Shown here piece by piece: positions 53,103 through 64,000 of a stretch of 64,000 nucleotides of DNA. The notes beneath the pieces were generated by a model. It worked only from the letters and a program-made list of their open reading frames with translations. It had not been told where the DNA came from and made no database searches. Position 1 is the stretch's first letter; every line of letters starts with the position of its first letter. The stretch lies in assembly GCF_040938485.1 (NCBI RefSeq), contig NW_027272213.1, positions 372,001 to 436,000 of the forward strand, in the 5' to 3' direction. This DNA comes from Diadema antillarum (Eukaryota). The position numbers were made by a program, and so were the translations under genes.

Positions 53103-54289
53103 AAGAGACGTATAATTCAACTTTGTCATTCCAAATGGCAATGCGTTTTTACTACAGTATGTGAAATACATTTTTAGATTACAGTCAATACAGGGTTTAA
53201 TGAGATATATGCTCTTTCTGTCTTGTTTTATGTATTTGTGTGTTAGTGCCCACAGTACTGACAGATTGGTTTTATATGAATAGTTGGATCTGTGTTCATC
53301 ATGGGTCTTTTTCTACATTCATGTACATGCACTTTGGACAGAACAGCCCTCTCAGATCCAGTAAACACACCCACAATGTAAATGTGCAAGTGCTGACGTA
53401 AGGGTTGTAATTTTATTGGTCACACACTCTTCAATGCAATCTGGTGGATAATTTGTTGTAGAATCTCCATTCATAATACCAAATGACTGTAGCTCTTCAA
53501 GTATACAGTGTACAATATTATGCCACTTGTTGACCACCTCTAAGGCATCAACTCTGCAGTGAATTCTAATAACTGGCGGGGCACCAATAAACAACTCTTA
53601 CCTAGTTTGATGAAGAGCAAGTTGCAAAACATTCACAACTCAATTTGAGCTTAATCTACAGTAAGACTGATTGATCCGTGTTGAGTATGGTTGTATGATG
53701 TAATGAATAAATTACTCAACTCTGCAGTGTATGTGTACCTATCATAGTATCCATGGAAGACACATAGCAAATGGATAAAACCAATTTTATTCAGTCAAGA
53801 CAATGGTAAAAACGAACAGAATTCCTGCACCCTCCTAAAAACATATCTAATTTCATTTACTATCCCAGTATACTGCACCAATTTAATTCTGCTACTTTAT
53901 TATTATAAACATATTTCAAGAATATCTGAATGCTCAAGGTTGGTTTACACAGTTATGTATGCAGTGTAGATCTGAATGCATACTGGATTGCATGGATTTG
54001 CAAAGAATTTGACATGGTTACAAAATTTTCTGCAGACTGACAGTAATTCAAAACAAAACACTGATAATTATACATGTGTGTCAGTTACAGCAATTACCAA
54101 GAGAACCCCCAGTTTGTTGTGCTGTCTTTCTAGAAAATGTTCTCTCAAACGACACAAAATTCTTTGTGTGATTAATCATTTATATGCATAAATATTCTAT
54201 ACACTCCAATATGCACAGGTAAGTGCACATGAACTGTGGGCATGACAGGGCTTATTTTTCATTTGATAATTTCAAGGCTTGTGTGTATA

Positions 54290-54808
54290 CAGTGCACTCC
54301 CGTTATAACGAAATACTCGGGACCGGCAGTTTTCTTTCGTTATAACCGAACAAATACAATATATAACGAAAACAAGGAAACAACGTATGTATATCATACT
54401 CTGTTTGCTGAATACTCATCATACACTGGAAAGCTATGTGAAATGTGGTGGGATAACTGTATTACAATAATAAACGCAAGTTCCCCTCAGAAACTGTGCG
54501 TGACACAAGGAGCGAACACACAGTGGTGTGAAGCGTTCACCTATGCAGAGACGCTATAAATGCTTGTTCTGCTACGTATTTTCGAAAGCAATTCGCATTT
54601 CGTTATAACGGAGCACATTTCTTTTGTTTTTCTTTGTCTGTGGCGCTCGGAAAAGACTTCGTTATAATGGAAATTTCGCTATAACCGTGTTCGTTATAAG
54701 CGAATTTTGTACCATAGACTTTAATGGTGATAATTTTGAGACCAGAAGATTTACTTCGTTATAACGAAATTTCGTTATGACCGTGTTCGTTGTAACGGGA
54801 GTGCACTG
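54290..54808. mobile_element. pogo-like non-autonomous element, longest CAGTGCACTCC-family copy
   Basis: TA-CAGTGCACTCCCGTTATAACGA ... CGTTGTAACGGGAGTGCACTG-TA. Confidence 0.88.
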
Positions 54809-55701
54809 TATATCATTACAGAAAAAAACAAAAACAATACCCCTGTGAAGATGTATGTGGTGTATACAGCACATCCAATATACTGGAGAGAAAATGTAAT
54901 GGCCATATCAGAAGCATGACCAACTTTCATTTGCACAATACTTTCTTCTGGCAAAAGAAAGACCCAACACTTCAGTGTTCCCATTAAGATATGTATTGAG
55001 GTATCTAAATATCAATACACCTGTCGGTAACGTAGCTTTTGGAAAGCAAGGTGCACATATATGCAGTACGTACATTGACAAAAGCACTGAAAGGTCATGT
55101 AAGCACAATATCAATCTTTTTTTTTTCCCCACAAAATTACCACCATGCTTCTAAAATCTGCTGGGGAGTACAGGCATTAATACCTGAAAAAGATTCACAT
55201 ATTTGGTAGTAGCTGTGTATATAACTGATAAGATGGTCTACATAAATATTGGTCTGCTTTTGGTCATACACACAATTAAGCGACTTCTACAGCATGGAAC
55301 AACATTGTTATATTGCCTGCAATTATGTCACATCAGGTAATACAATCCAGAATTTGACTGGCTGCAAAAGGAGATTATGTGTATTGTGACAATGTGTATT
55401 ATGTGTATTTATGTAGACCATATGACAAATATTACTTTGTCTGCCCCCTCCCCCCCCCCCCCCAAAAAAAAAAGATACTTGCCCTGATAGTTTGAAGTGC
55501 TTCTCACAGATATGATCTCTTCAGGAAATTTAGGAAGATATAACTCCTGCAGGGATGTCATGTGTTATAGTGCACCTCCAAAAAGGCAATATCTGCATAA
55601 TACAGCTGCATATTGAGCTGCATAAACTATCACCATTATTCTCTGCTGCACATTCCCTCATCTATTGGCACTGAGAACACCTCCAGAACACTAAAATGGT
55701 A

Positions 55702-58700
55702 TCAACTGTGTCGGTCTTTCCACATCCTCAATTCCCCTGGCTTCATGGACTGGTCCACTCCGCAGATGGGGGTGGCATCGTAGGGAGATATTGTGTAGCC
55801 ATTCTCGTAGAGGAAAACCTTCTTGCAGGCCTCAAATGTCATGAACATGAAACCAGCATAGGGTGCTATCTGGAAGATGGAGAAAGAGAGAGAAAGAGCA
55901 TGAGAAGGGGGGGGGGGGGGGATAGATAAAAAGCAATACACAAAATGTTTATCAATTCATTTCAAATTTGCATATTTGAGTACGGACCCTCTTATAATCC
56001 CTAATATTACATAAGTTGGTCATATACCAGTTGAGTTGGTATTAAAATGGATAACTAATTGTATGTGATAGTGGACCATTTGCAGTGGTCTTCCAAGACC
56101 ACAACATCACTAGACATATCCTTTTTATGGAAAACAAAACAAAAAAAAATACGCACACATTATTGTGCATGTGTCGGGGTTCGCAAAATAATGGCAAATT
56201 AGAAAAGCAGCAAAAATGATGTTGGGGGATGTGATTTTGGTATATGTTGTGAACATGAGACACTGAAGTCGTGTAAAATCAGTTGTGAATTTATTACAAC
56301 CATCTTACATTTGGTTTAATGATGATGCTTTGACAATTAGAAATTAACATTGGCTATATGTGCTATTGCCAAACTACTTTGACTATCCTATGTAACAGAT
56401 AATGATGATCTTTTCCTCTTTTTTTTTTGGGGGGGGGGGGATAAAGAGAATGTTCTCACCACATTGTTTGAAATGTCACTTTATTTCCACACTTATCCAT
56501 AATTCTACACATTCTGCCTCTTTCCATCCTTCATTTTATGTAATGGTGTTCACAAAGAAATAATATTAACCCGTTGAGGACGAGTACCGAGTATACTCGA
56601 GCAGGTGTCTATGGGAAATGCGTGTTGTAGCAAAATCAGTCCCCCTCCCACCTTGCATAGATTTGCTGTGTTTCCTCGCCAGAACCCCTGCCAGCCATAT
56701 GTTGTCTTGATAGCTCTGTAGCATCCCACCATGCCGTGGAAGTTGAGATCCACTCCACCTCCATTCTTCATCACTCTGCTCTGGGCCTGGGAAAAAAAGG
56801 AAGAAAAAAACATTTGTAACATCAAACCCTTAGAGTGGAATTCACAAGCAAGCTTTGTTACAAAGGCATTGAAGAAAGAAAGTTGAATACTATTGTATTG
56901 GTAAGAAGCTCCTTTTGTCTCCCACATCAAAACTAAATTCAAACAGCTCATTTTGAAATATCACAAACTCATATAAAAACAAGCAACTCTCATTTTTCAA
57001 ATAGAAGAATGAAATTGACATATCATTGGCTGAGAACCAGAAGGGCGTTATCACATTTTTTCATTTATTTATTTATTTATTTTCTTTTCTTTTCTTTTTT
57101 TTTTTTTTGGGGGGGGGGGGTAGAAGGGGGTACTGATTTAATGGTTGGATGTAGAGCTCAATCTCCTTTACATCATGGTGTCAATTTCAAATTATTTTCA
57201 ATGTTTAGTAAGATGTTAAAATCATCACCACAAGGGTGCTATTTTACCTCATACTGTAAAACATGATATATTCGCGGCATGAATTTTTCGCGAATTGGAG
57301 CCGACGGCCTTTTTTGCGGCATGAAATTTTACGCGAACTGCCACTGGCATTCAATGCATATAGTGTAGACAAGAACTTTCGCGTGCATTTTAATTTCGCG
57401 AATCTTGGCACTCGCGAAATTCGCGAAATTAAAATGCACGCGAAAATTCCTCGTTTTACAGTATTTTGAATAATGCTTATAAATCTACCCACTTTTGATT
57501 ACATAAACTTTTTATTTCATGAAAATTGATTGCATAATTTTTATTTAAATGCTAAAATCTTAGAATGCTATAGCACCCCTCTGGTTCTCAGCTGATGATA
57601 TCATTGTATGGATGAGAATCTCTACCTGTAGCTTCTTCCTGACTGTGTCAAATGGATAAGACAGTGTCTGTGCAATGGCACCAGCAAGGCATCCATTGAT
57701 AAAGTTCTCCAGCGGAGTCAGCATGTAGCGGGGTTTGGAAGAAAACATGTCCAGAAACTCATAGGCTGCAAACGTTCCAGCACTGAAGGGTATGGAACCT
57801 GTGGAAAGATTTGTTTTCAAAGATAACTTGTGATAACATCAGCATTGAAAGATGTTGATTCAATTCATTTTTTTTTTTAAATTGACCAGTCTATTAGAGA
57901 CGTACATCATTGATGCTACTTTGGCAAGAATGTTCCATGAATATGTAGAAACTCCCACCCCTTACAATAATCCTTATGCCATTAAATACTCCTGTATGAG
58001 CTGTTATTTTTGCGGTTTTAATTTTCACTAATTTCATGACTCACAGTTGGATCGTGAATTTAACAACACGTGAAAATGTTGCCATGCGCAAGGTTATACT
58101 ATAGTCCATCATACTGATAGCGTTGGTGTCAATTCATGAAAAACAACATCTCGCAAAAATTGAGGCAGGAGTTAGGGTTTTTCTCTAGTTGTTTAAGGTG
58201 AGTCAAGGGTATTTTTTTTTTCCTGTAGTACAAGTGGGGGGGGGGGAGGGACGAAAGACAAAAAAACCAACAACAACAACACTAACACTAAAACTATACA
58301 GGTCAACACTGGTATAGCTAGTACTGGTACTAGTAGAACACTGTCACTAGATTCCGATATGTGACACTGACACTCAGTCTCAAGTGACAGTCAGTATACA
58401 AATGACGCACAGGTCTGAGTGCGTCAGTCGGAATTATAGAATGGGTAGCGAGAATCCTGCGATCTGATTGGTCGAGAGCTATGTGTTTATTTTTACTGGC
58501 CACACGCTGAGTCACAGTGGTAAACATGTTATCGCGCACTTAGCAAGAGTACGCGACGCGTACTTGTAACAAAGGTTCACGCACTAAAGCAAGCGTTCGC
58601 GCACTCGGCTTGGCCATGCATCCAGTAAAAACTTATGCATGGCTGGCCATGCATCCAGTAAAAACCGTAAGTACGGGTATGCATGCCCTTTACGGAAAGC

Positions 58701-59997
58701 CAAAAGGAAATGCATCCAGTAATTTTGTCATCGGGTAACACGATAGAAAACTGGGTTTTGACAAGAAAATTACCCATTCTATAAATCAAATGACGCACGT
58801 CTTTTCGTGCTTCAGTCGGAATATAGTGTGCATGCGGTAACTATGGAATTTAGCCTAAACCCACTCGGCTTCGCCTCGTGGGTTAAGCATTCCATAGTTA
58901 CCTTATGCACACAATTCCGACTGACGCACTCAGACCTGTGCGTCATTTGTATATTGTGTGCATAAGGTAACTATGGAATGCTTAACCCACGAGGCGAAGC
59001 CGAGTGGGTTTAGGCTAAATTCCATAGTTACCGCATGCACACTATATTCCGACTGACGCACGAAAAGACATGTGCATCATTTGATTTATAGAATGGGTAA
59101 TTTTCTTGTCAAAAACCCAGTTTTCTATCGTGTTACCCGATGACAAAATTACTGGATGCATTTCCTTTTGGCTTTCCGTAAAGGGCATGCATACCCGTAC
59201 TTACGGTTTTTACTGGATGCATGGCCAGCCATGCAAAGTTTTTACTGGATGCATGGCCAAGCCGAGTGCGCGAACGCTTGCTTTAGTGCGCGAACCTTTG
59301 TTACAAGTACGCGTACTCTTGCTAAGTGCGCGATAACATGTTTACCACTGTGACTCAGCGTGCGGCCAGTAAAAATGAACACATAGCTCTCGACCAATCA
59401 GATCGCAGGATTCTCGCTACCCATTCTATAATGCGCAATGACAGTGGTGACAAGGACCAAACGAGTTGACTTGCCAAGTAATGATGTGAACATCCCTTTG
59501 TAAAATGCCAGCAATCCTTCCTCCCTGAGAATGAGTCTGAACGCATGAACGATTCCCTTGTATCTTCTCCTCTGACGATCGGTAGGCTGCACAATCAACC
59601 TTGTTTTTACCATGTCTGTTGGGTAAGTCACTATCGTCGCAGTCATCCCGCCGAGAGCTCCAGCAAGCATTGCTCTCGACGCAGTCAGACGACCGGTGTC
59701 GTCTGCTAGCAATACCTTGCACTTAGAAAATGCCATGAATTGGACGGCACTAAATGGACTCAGTCGCAAACAACCGATAAGATTTCCTTTCCAAAATGCT
59801 CTGACTCCATGTGAGGTGTAAATGTTGGCAAACGATCGCAAGAAGCCTTGCTGAAGAGTCTCTTTCGTGCCTACTTGCATCCGAATTTTCACGACATCAA
59901 GGGGCGATGTGAACGTGCGACTGGTTAACCCGGCTACAGCGCCGCATGACAAATTCTGAAGATAGGTAAGCCGACTGTCTCTACCTCCTCGAACCAT
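55702..59997 (-). CDS. SLC25A43: Solute carrier family 25 member 43 (mitochondrial carrier), complete, 332 aa
   Basis: Exons (minus): 59997-59475 (523), 57798-57626 (173), 56786-56652 (135), 55869-55702 (168); total 999 nt. Carrier signatures PLDVVKIR, PTDMVKTR, PFDTVRKK. SLC25A43-specific stretches RDSRLT, GGVDLNF, YENGY..SP, GVDQSMKP.EL. Confidence 0.93.
57254..57461. mobile_element. TA-flanked CTGTAAAAC...GTTTTACAG MITE, intact copy in SLC25A43 intron 2
   Basis: TA at 57252-53 and 57462-63; terminal inverted repeats; CpG-rich (young) version of 49835-50038. Confidence 0.8.
58399..59432. repeat. About 1-kb palindrome of composite transposon origin in SLC25A43 intron 1
   Basis: Arms 58433-58915 and 58953-59432 are near-identical reverse complements around a 37-bp spacer. 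The spacer is itself the inverted copy of 58399-58435. Confidence 0.92.
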
Positions 59998-60446
59998 TTT
60001 GCAGAGATTGTGAACTGATCCCTGGTAATGAACGACACGTGAAGTCTAACTTCTAAGATAATGCAGGTCTTCGCAAGTCTACTCGTAGATTTACTTCAAA
60101 GAACGAACAGTTTCTCGTCATCTTCTCCCGGCTCCCTCCCTGAGCTGCGCTACCTAGCTACTCTGTAAAATCTGCTTTTCACGTTCAACGACTCACACCA
60201 CACACGAGAGATTCTTGAGCTGAGTACGAGAATTTACGTAACAGAGAAATCGTGATCAGTGTTAGAAATAGAAACCTGGGTATTTTTAAATAAATTTTCA
60301 AGAAATCGATTGCTTGAAATATATTCTTTGTCATACTATTATTTGACTTGACTAATGATATGCATTTTGGTGAAAATACTATTTATAAAATTTGATCAGA
60401 GCAAACGTATTAATCGAGACAAATTTCATTTTACGTCATCGTCAAG
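59998..60446. promoter_or_regulatory. Probable bidirectional promoter between SLC25A43 and the UFSP2-like gene
   Basis: Divergent ATGs about 450 bp apart; locally CpG-enriched; YY1-like AAGATGGCAG over the plus-strand ATG. Confidence 0.6.
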
Positions 60447-63400
60447 ATGGCAGCGCCCTGTGGTCCTGGCGTTACGATTTTCTCTGGCGCTATTGAGGTA
60501 TAGTTATCGTATTTTCTTCGACAAAGAGTGTTGTAAACTTGTGTAAAGAGATTGATTGTTATTTTTTCAAGTTTTCTGTACAAGTTATTTGTTGGCTTGT
60601 CTTAACGGTACCACTAAAAAGCTGTTCGTTCCAATTCCATATGTGAGTGAAAGGTCAAACTTAAGTCCCATCTACGTTGAATCACGTTGGTTAGCCACAG
60701 CTACACAGCTGCAACTAAGAAAACTTGCTGATGCGCTGACGCTGCTAGAGTGCTGTGTCTGTCACAATGTGCAGGCTGTGGAACTTGGCTATACCCATAG
60801 CATGATAAAACCATCATCATTTTAGCCTCTAGTAATGGCACTGGGAGGTCTAGGTCAAACTTCGTAACTCATCTGTCGTGGTACGAGTATGGATACTCAG
60901 GATAGATTAGAAGCTATACTCCGCAGCTACAGTCCAGGGCTGCCAACTCTCACTCATTTGACATTGAGAGTGAGACTCACTCATTTCGGTCCTTTCTCAG
61001 TCTAAAACTTTATTTCATTTGCATGCATTTCTATTGATCTCACTCATCAGCTCATTTTGACTCCTAAATTATAGCATTGGCCTATGGGAGTCTCACTCTC
61101 AACTAGTTTCCAATGGCAATGTTGGCAGCGCTGCAGCTCCGGCATGGCTCAAACCCCATCCAGGCATCTTAATGACGTTAGCTACGTTAGACCGATTGTA
61201 TCTGTCTCTTCACGCAATCACGGTTCGCTTCTTATCCAGTGTTGGGACATGTATGGTCAGACATGTCCCAACATCACTCAGATAAGAAGCCCACCGTGAA
61301 GAAACAGATATTATCGGTCTAACCCCATCCCTGATTAATTACGGACGGTGTTCGTTCTTGATTGGAATATGAACATGATGTCGGTCAAGCTTCTATGATA
61401 TTGAACTTTTGAAGCTAAAATTGTAAAAAATAAAAGTGTTCATGTCTCACAGTGAACAGGGAGAGTTCTCACTACATGTTTTACTTGTCAGTCAGTCAAG
61501 ATATCCAAACACAATTTTTGTTGAAAATATCAAATTTATATTCAATGGCTCAAAATTTCACAATGAATAGAACTAAAGTTTAACCACTGTCCTATGAAAT
61601 TTTACCTAAAACACTCATTTTGATAACTCCTACAAATCATTCTTGCCTCACCAAGTTTTCAGAATAGAGAGTACCATAGTACAGTAATGAATTTCAGTAC
61701 CTGGTATATGTAGTCTATTTTGAAATGTGTTTTTTTTTTAAATTTATTTTCAGTATTTTGTGAGTCAACCAATATTTACATCATCTGAACAATGACTCTT
61801 TAAAATTGCATTTTTCTACTCCTGCGAGGAGGATACTAATTACTCCACAGAATCCACATGTCAGGATGTAAATACTGAGGTTTTAAAACTGATGCGTAGG
61901 CCATGGAGTAGAAATCAGTAACACATTAAACACTCTGATAGTATCTGTGACAGTATAAACACAAATTGTGTTGTGTATTGTATCCAAAGAAGGAAACCAC
62001 CATTTTTTTCTCTTGAAGTTTAATATCTTCAATAATTCTTACTCATTCTCTCAATGGGATTGTGGATGAAAATTGGAAAGTGATTCTATTTAAAATGGTC
62101 TTTTCTAAAGTAAATTCATATTTTCTTTGAATGTAGAATTACAGCAGAATTTGTCACATTGCGTATAAATTCCTTTATTTTTGTCAGACCAATTGATCAA
62201 ATCCTTGTTGTCATTATTTTTTTTTTCTTAATAGCAAATAAAGAATTTCAACTTTGCAAAGACACTGCTGCTGATTGGACCTGATAATGAAGGTTCAGGA
62301 AATGATGATGGACCGATCACCATCTTGAGCTGCTCTCAGCTGGCCGGGGGCAGAGATCTGGCAGAGGAAGCCATCATCATCAATTCCTTACTTCCAGCAG
62401 GTAGACAGATTTAAGCACCTTGGGAGGGAGTACATCCATCAAACTTCCTTATAGTATAAGACTTCCATGTATAATAAATACGTCTACACAAACTCATGAT
62501 CTTATTTGTTTTTTCCAGAACGTAGCTGGTTTATAATTTAGCTAAAGATGCTTTCTTTTCGTGTGTTCAATGTCTTTTTATATGCTTTTTAATTCATTAC
62601 AGTAGTATATTTATGCTTTGAAATATTAATGATTGTCAATGAGAAAAAAAAATGGTTTGTGAGTTATGCTACAAGTCTCAAACTTCCTTTCCAGCAAAGG
62701 GATTTCTGTGCTACAAACTATATGTTGATAGAGACATTGAAAAAAAAATAGAGTCATTGTGTCAGTATGCATATCATCCCAATTGTTTATATTGATTGTT
62801 TATTGATGTTGCCCATCCTGAACTATGTTGTATGTTTTCGTTGTTGCAGGTGTGAATGTGCTGGGCCTTTTCCTAACTCAATCTTCAACATCAACTCTAC
62901 CAAGCTATGTCACTGAAATGCTCTCTGGTGAAATTGCAAAGGTGAAATGCTGTGAGAAGAAGCTATGCTGCCTCATAACATGCTATCTTATTCCATCCAC
63001 TGAGTACATTGTGGTGGCAACTGACAATCCTGCCTCATCAGTACAGCATGGCCATAATTGGTCACTTGAACAAGATTCTTTATTGCATATCTAGTACTTG
63101 GGCAAAATATTGAATTATATGATAGATTTTTTAAAAAGTATTTATATATACTTAACGCATATCCCAATTATAATGTATCACTTTTGATGATTATGAGAAA
63201 GAGAAGAGAGAAATTGCACAAAAAAAGATATGCTTAGCAGTTCTCTTTGTTCTTATCATTAGATTGCTGTCACAAAGTCATAGGATCATAGGATGATGAC
63301 ATTTTCCCATTATTTTCTCTAGACTCTGTTGTACCCGAGCTCTGTGATAACCAGCAGTTAGGCTATGCAGGGACTTCATCTGATAATTCATCCCTGTTCT

Positions 63401-63660
63401 CTAGACATCTCTATCATCTGTGTCTGATCTGTTGCCCCTCCTTCAGAACTTGTTTTCTTGCGGTAGAGTGGTGCTGCTTTTCACCAACGAGGAGGATATT
63501 GTGCTGGAGGAAACTGGACAGATCTACGATGTGGAGACCCAGGAGCGACGGCCGTGTGATGTCAAAGTTGTGACCGATGTTGGCGATTTCACCAGAAATG
63601 TTCTGATGTTCAGAATAAGATCTACGATGAGCATGAAGTGCCACTACCAACAAAAGACAG
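60447..63660 (+). CDS. UFSP2: Probable UFM1-specific peptidase 2 (long form with N-terminal MPN/ODR4-like domain); 5' exons only, continues beyond the window
   Basis: Exons 60447-60497 (51), 62235-62400 (166), 62850-62941 (92), 63405-63660 (256), phase-consistent and GT-AG. LLPAGVNVLGLF resembles the MPN/ODR4-fold motif LPGGLxVLG; VLMFRIRSTMSM resembles human UFSP2 ILFRIRGGLDL. The catalytic domain is not in the window, so the identity is tentative. Confidence 0.6.
60935..61133. mobile_element. hAT-like MITE in intron 1 of the UFSP2-like gene
   Basis: TIR CAGGGCTGCCAAC / GTTGGCAGCGCTG; no clear TSD left. Confidence 0.6.
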
Positions 63661-64000
63661 GTATGATCATGCTGCTCTAACAGCAGGTGGGATTGTTGGT
63701 ATTGCATTGAAGTATCATTGTATTTCTCTTTTTTTTGGGGGGGGGGGGTAGGTGTGGTTGGGAACTTTCCTTCTCGTAGTGTTAGGAATACTTTCTGTGT
63801 GCTGAATTTAGAAGGAAATATGAAATATATATGGTGTGAATTATATATTTATTTCAAATACCTGATGATCATTTGTGTAAGATAAAAGTGATTGATTATT
63901 AACCGCAAATTGAAAAGTTTGAACCCTGACCTGTAAGACATTTAAATATATCATTTCATGAGACATTATATGCAGATGCTATACATGAGCTGAGATTTGG

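Noticed and set aside
50672-53594. Possible extra minus-strand gene (good donors at 50671 and about 53600; 80-aa ORF at 53352-53594)
   Set aside because: No consistent exon chain or recognisable protein could be built; may be non-coding or UTR splicing, but it cannot be supported without RNA data.
62942-63094. Read-through extension of UFSP2-like exon 3 in the ORF track
   Set aside because: It ends in a stop, while the AAG|GTGAAA donor at 62941 gives the phase-0 join needed for the next exon.

Overview
AT-rich animal genomic DNA with spliced genes, many microsatellites and MITEs, and five N-gaps. The repeat families and gene style suggest an invertebrate deuterostome such as a sea urchin (inference only). 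Most of the window (about 4.0-48.7 kb) is a cluster of four iduronate-2-sulfatase (IDS)-like genes in two subfamilies. IDS-A and IDS-B (both minus strand) lie in a direct tandem duplication of about 11.8/15.0 kb with a 3-bp microhomology junction. IDS-C (minus) and IDS-D (plus) are an inverted head-to-head pair: most of their exons are nearly identical, their introns and signal-peptide exons are unalignable, and CLEAR (TFEB/MITF) motifs sit between them. All four keep the formylglycine CxPSR motif and the metal/substrate ligands. Downstream is a complete 4-exon SLC25A43 mitochondrial carrier gene (minus). Its first intron is GC-AG and carries a ~1-kb palindrome. Head-to-head with it is the 5' part of a probable UFSP2 gene with an N-terminal MPN-like domain, which runs off the window. 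No CRISPR array, rRNA or tRNA was recognised. All exon models were derived by hand from splice signals and reading phase.
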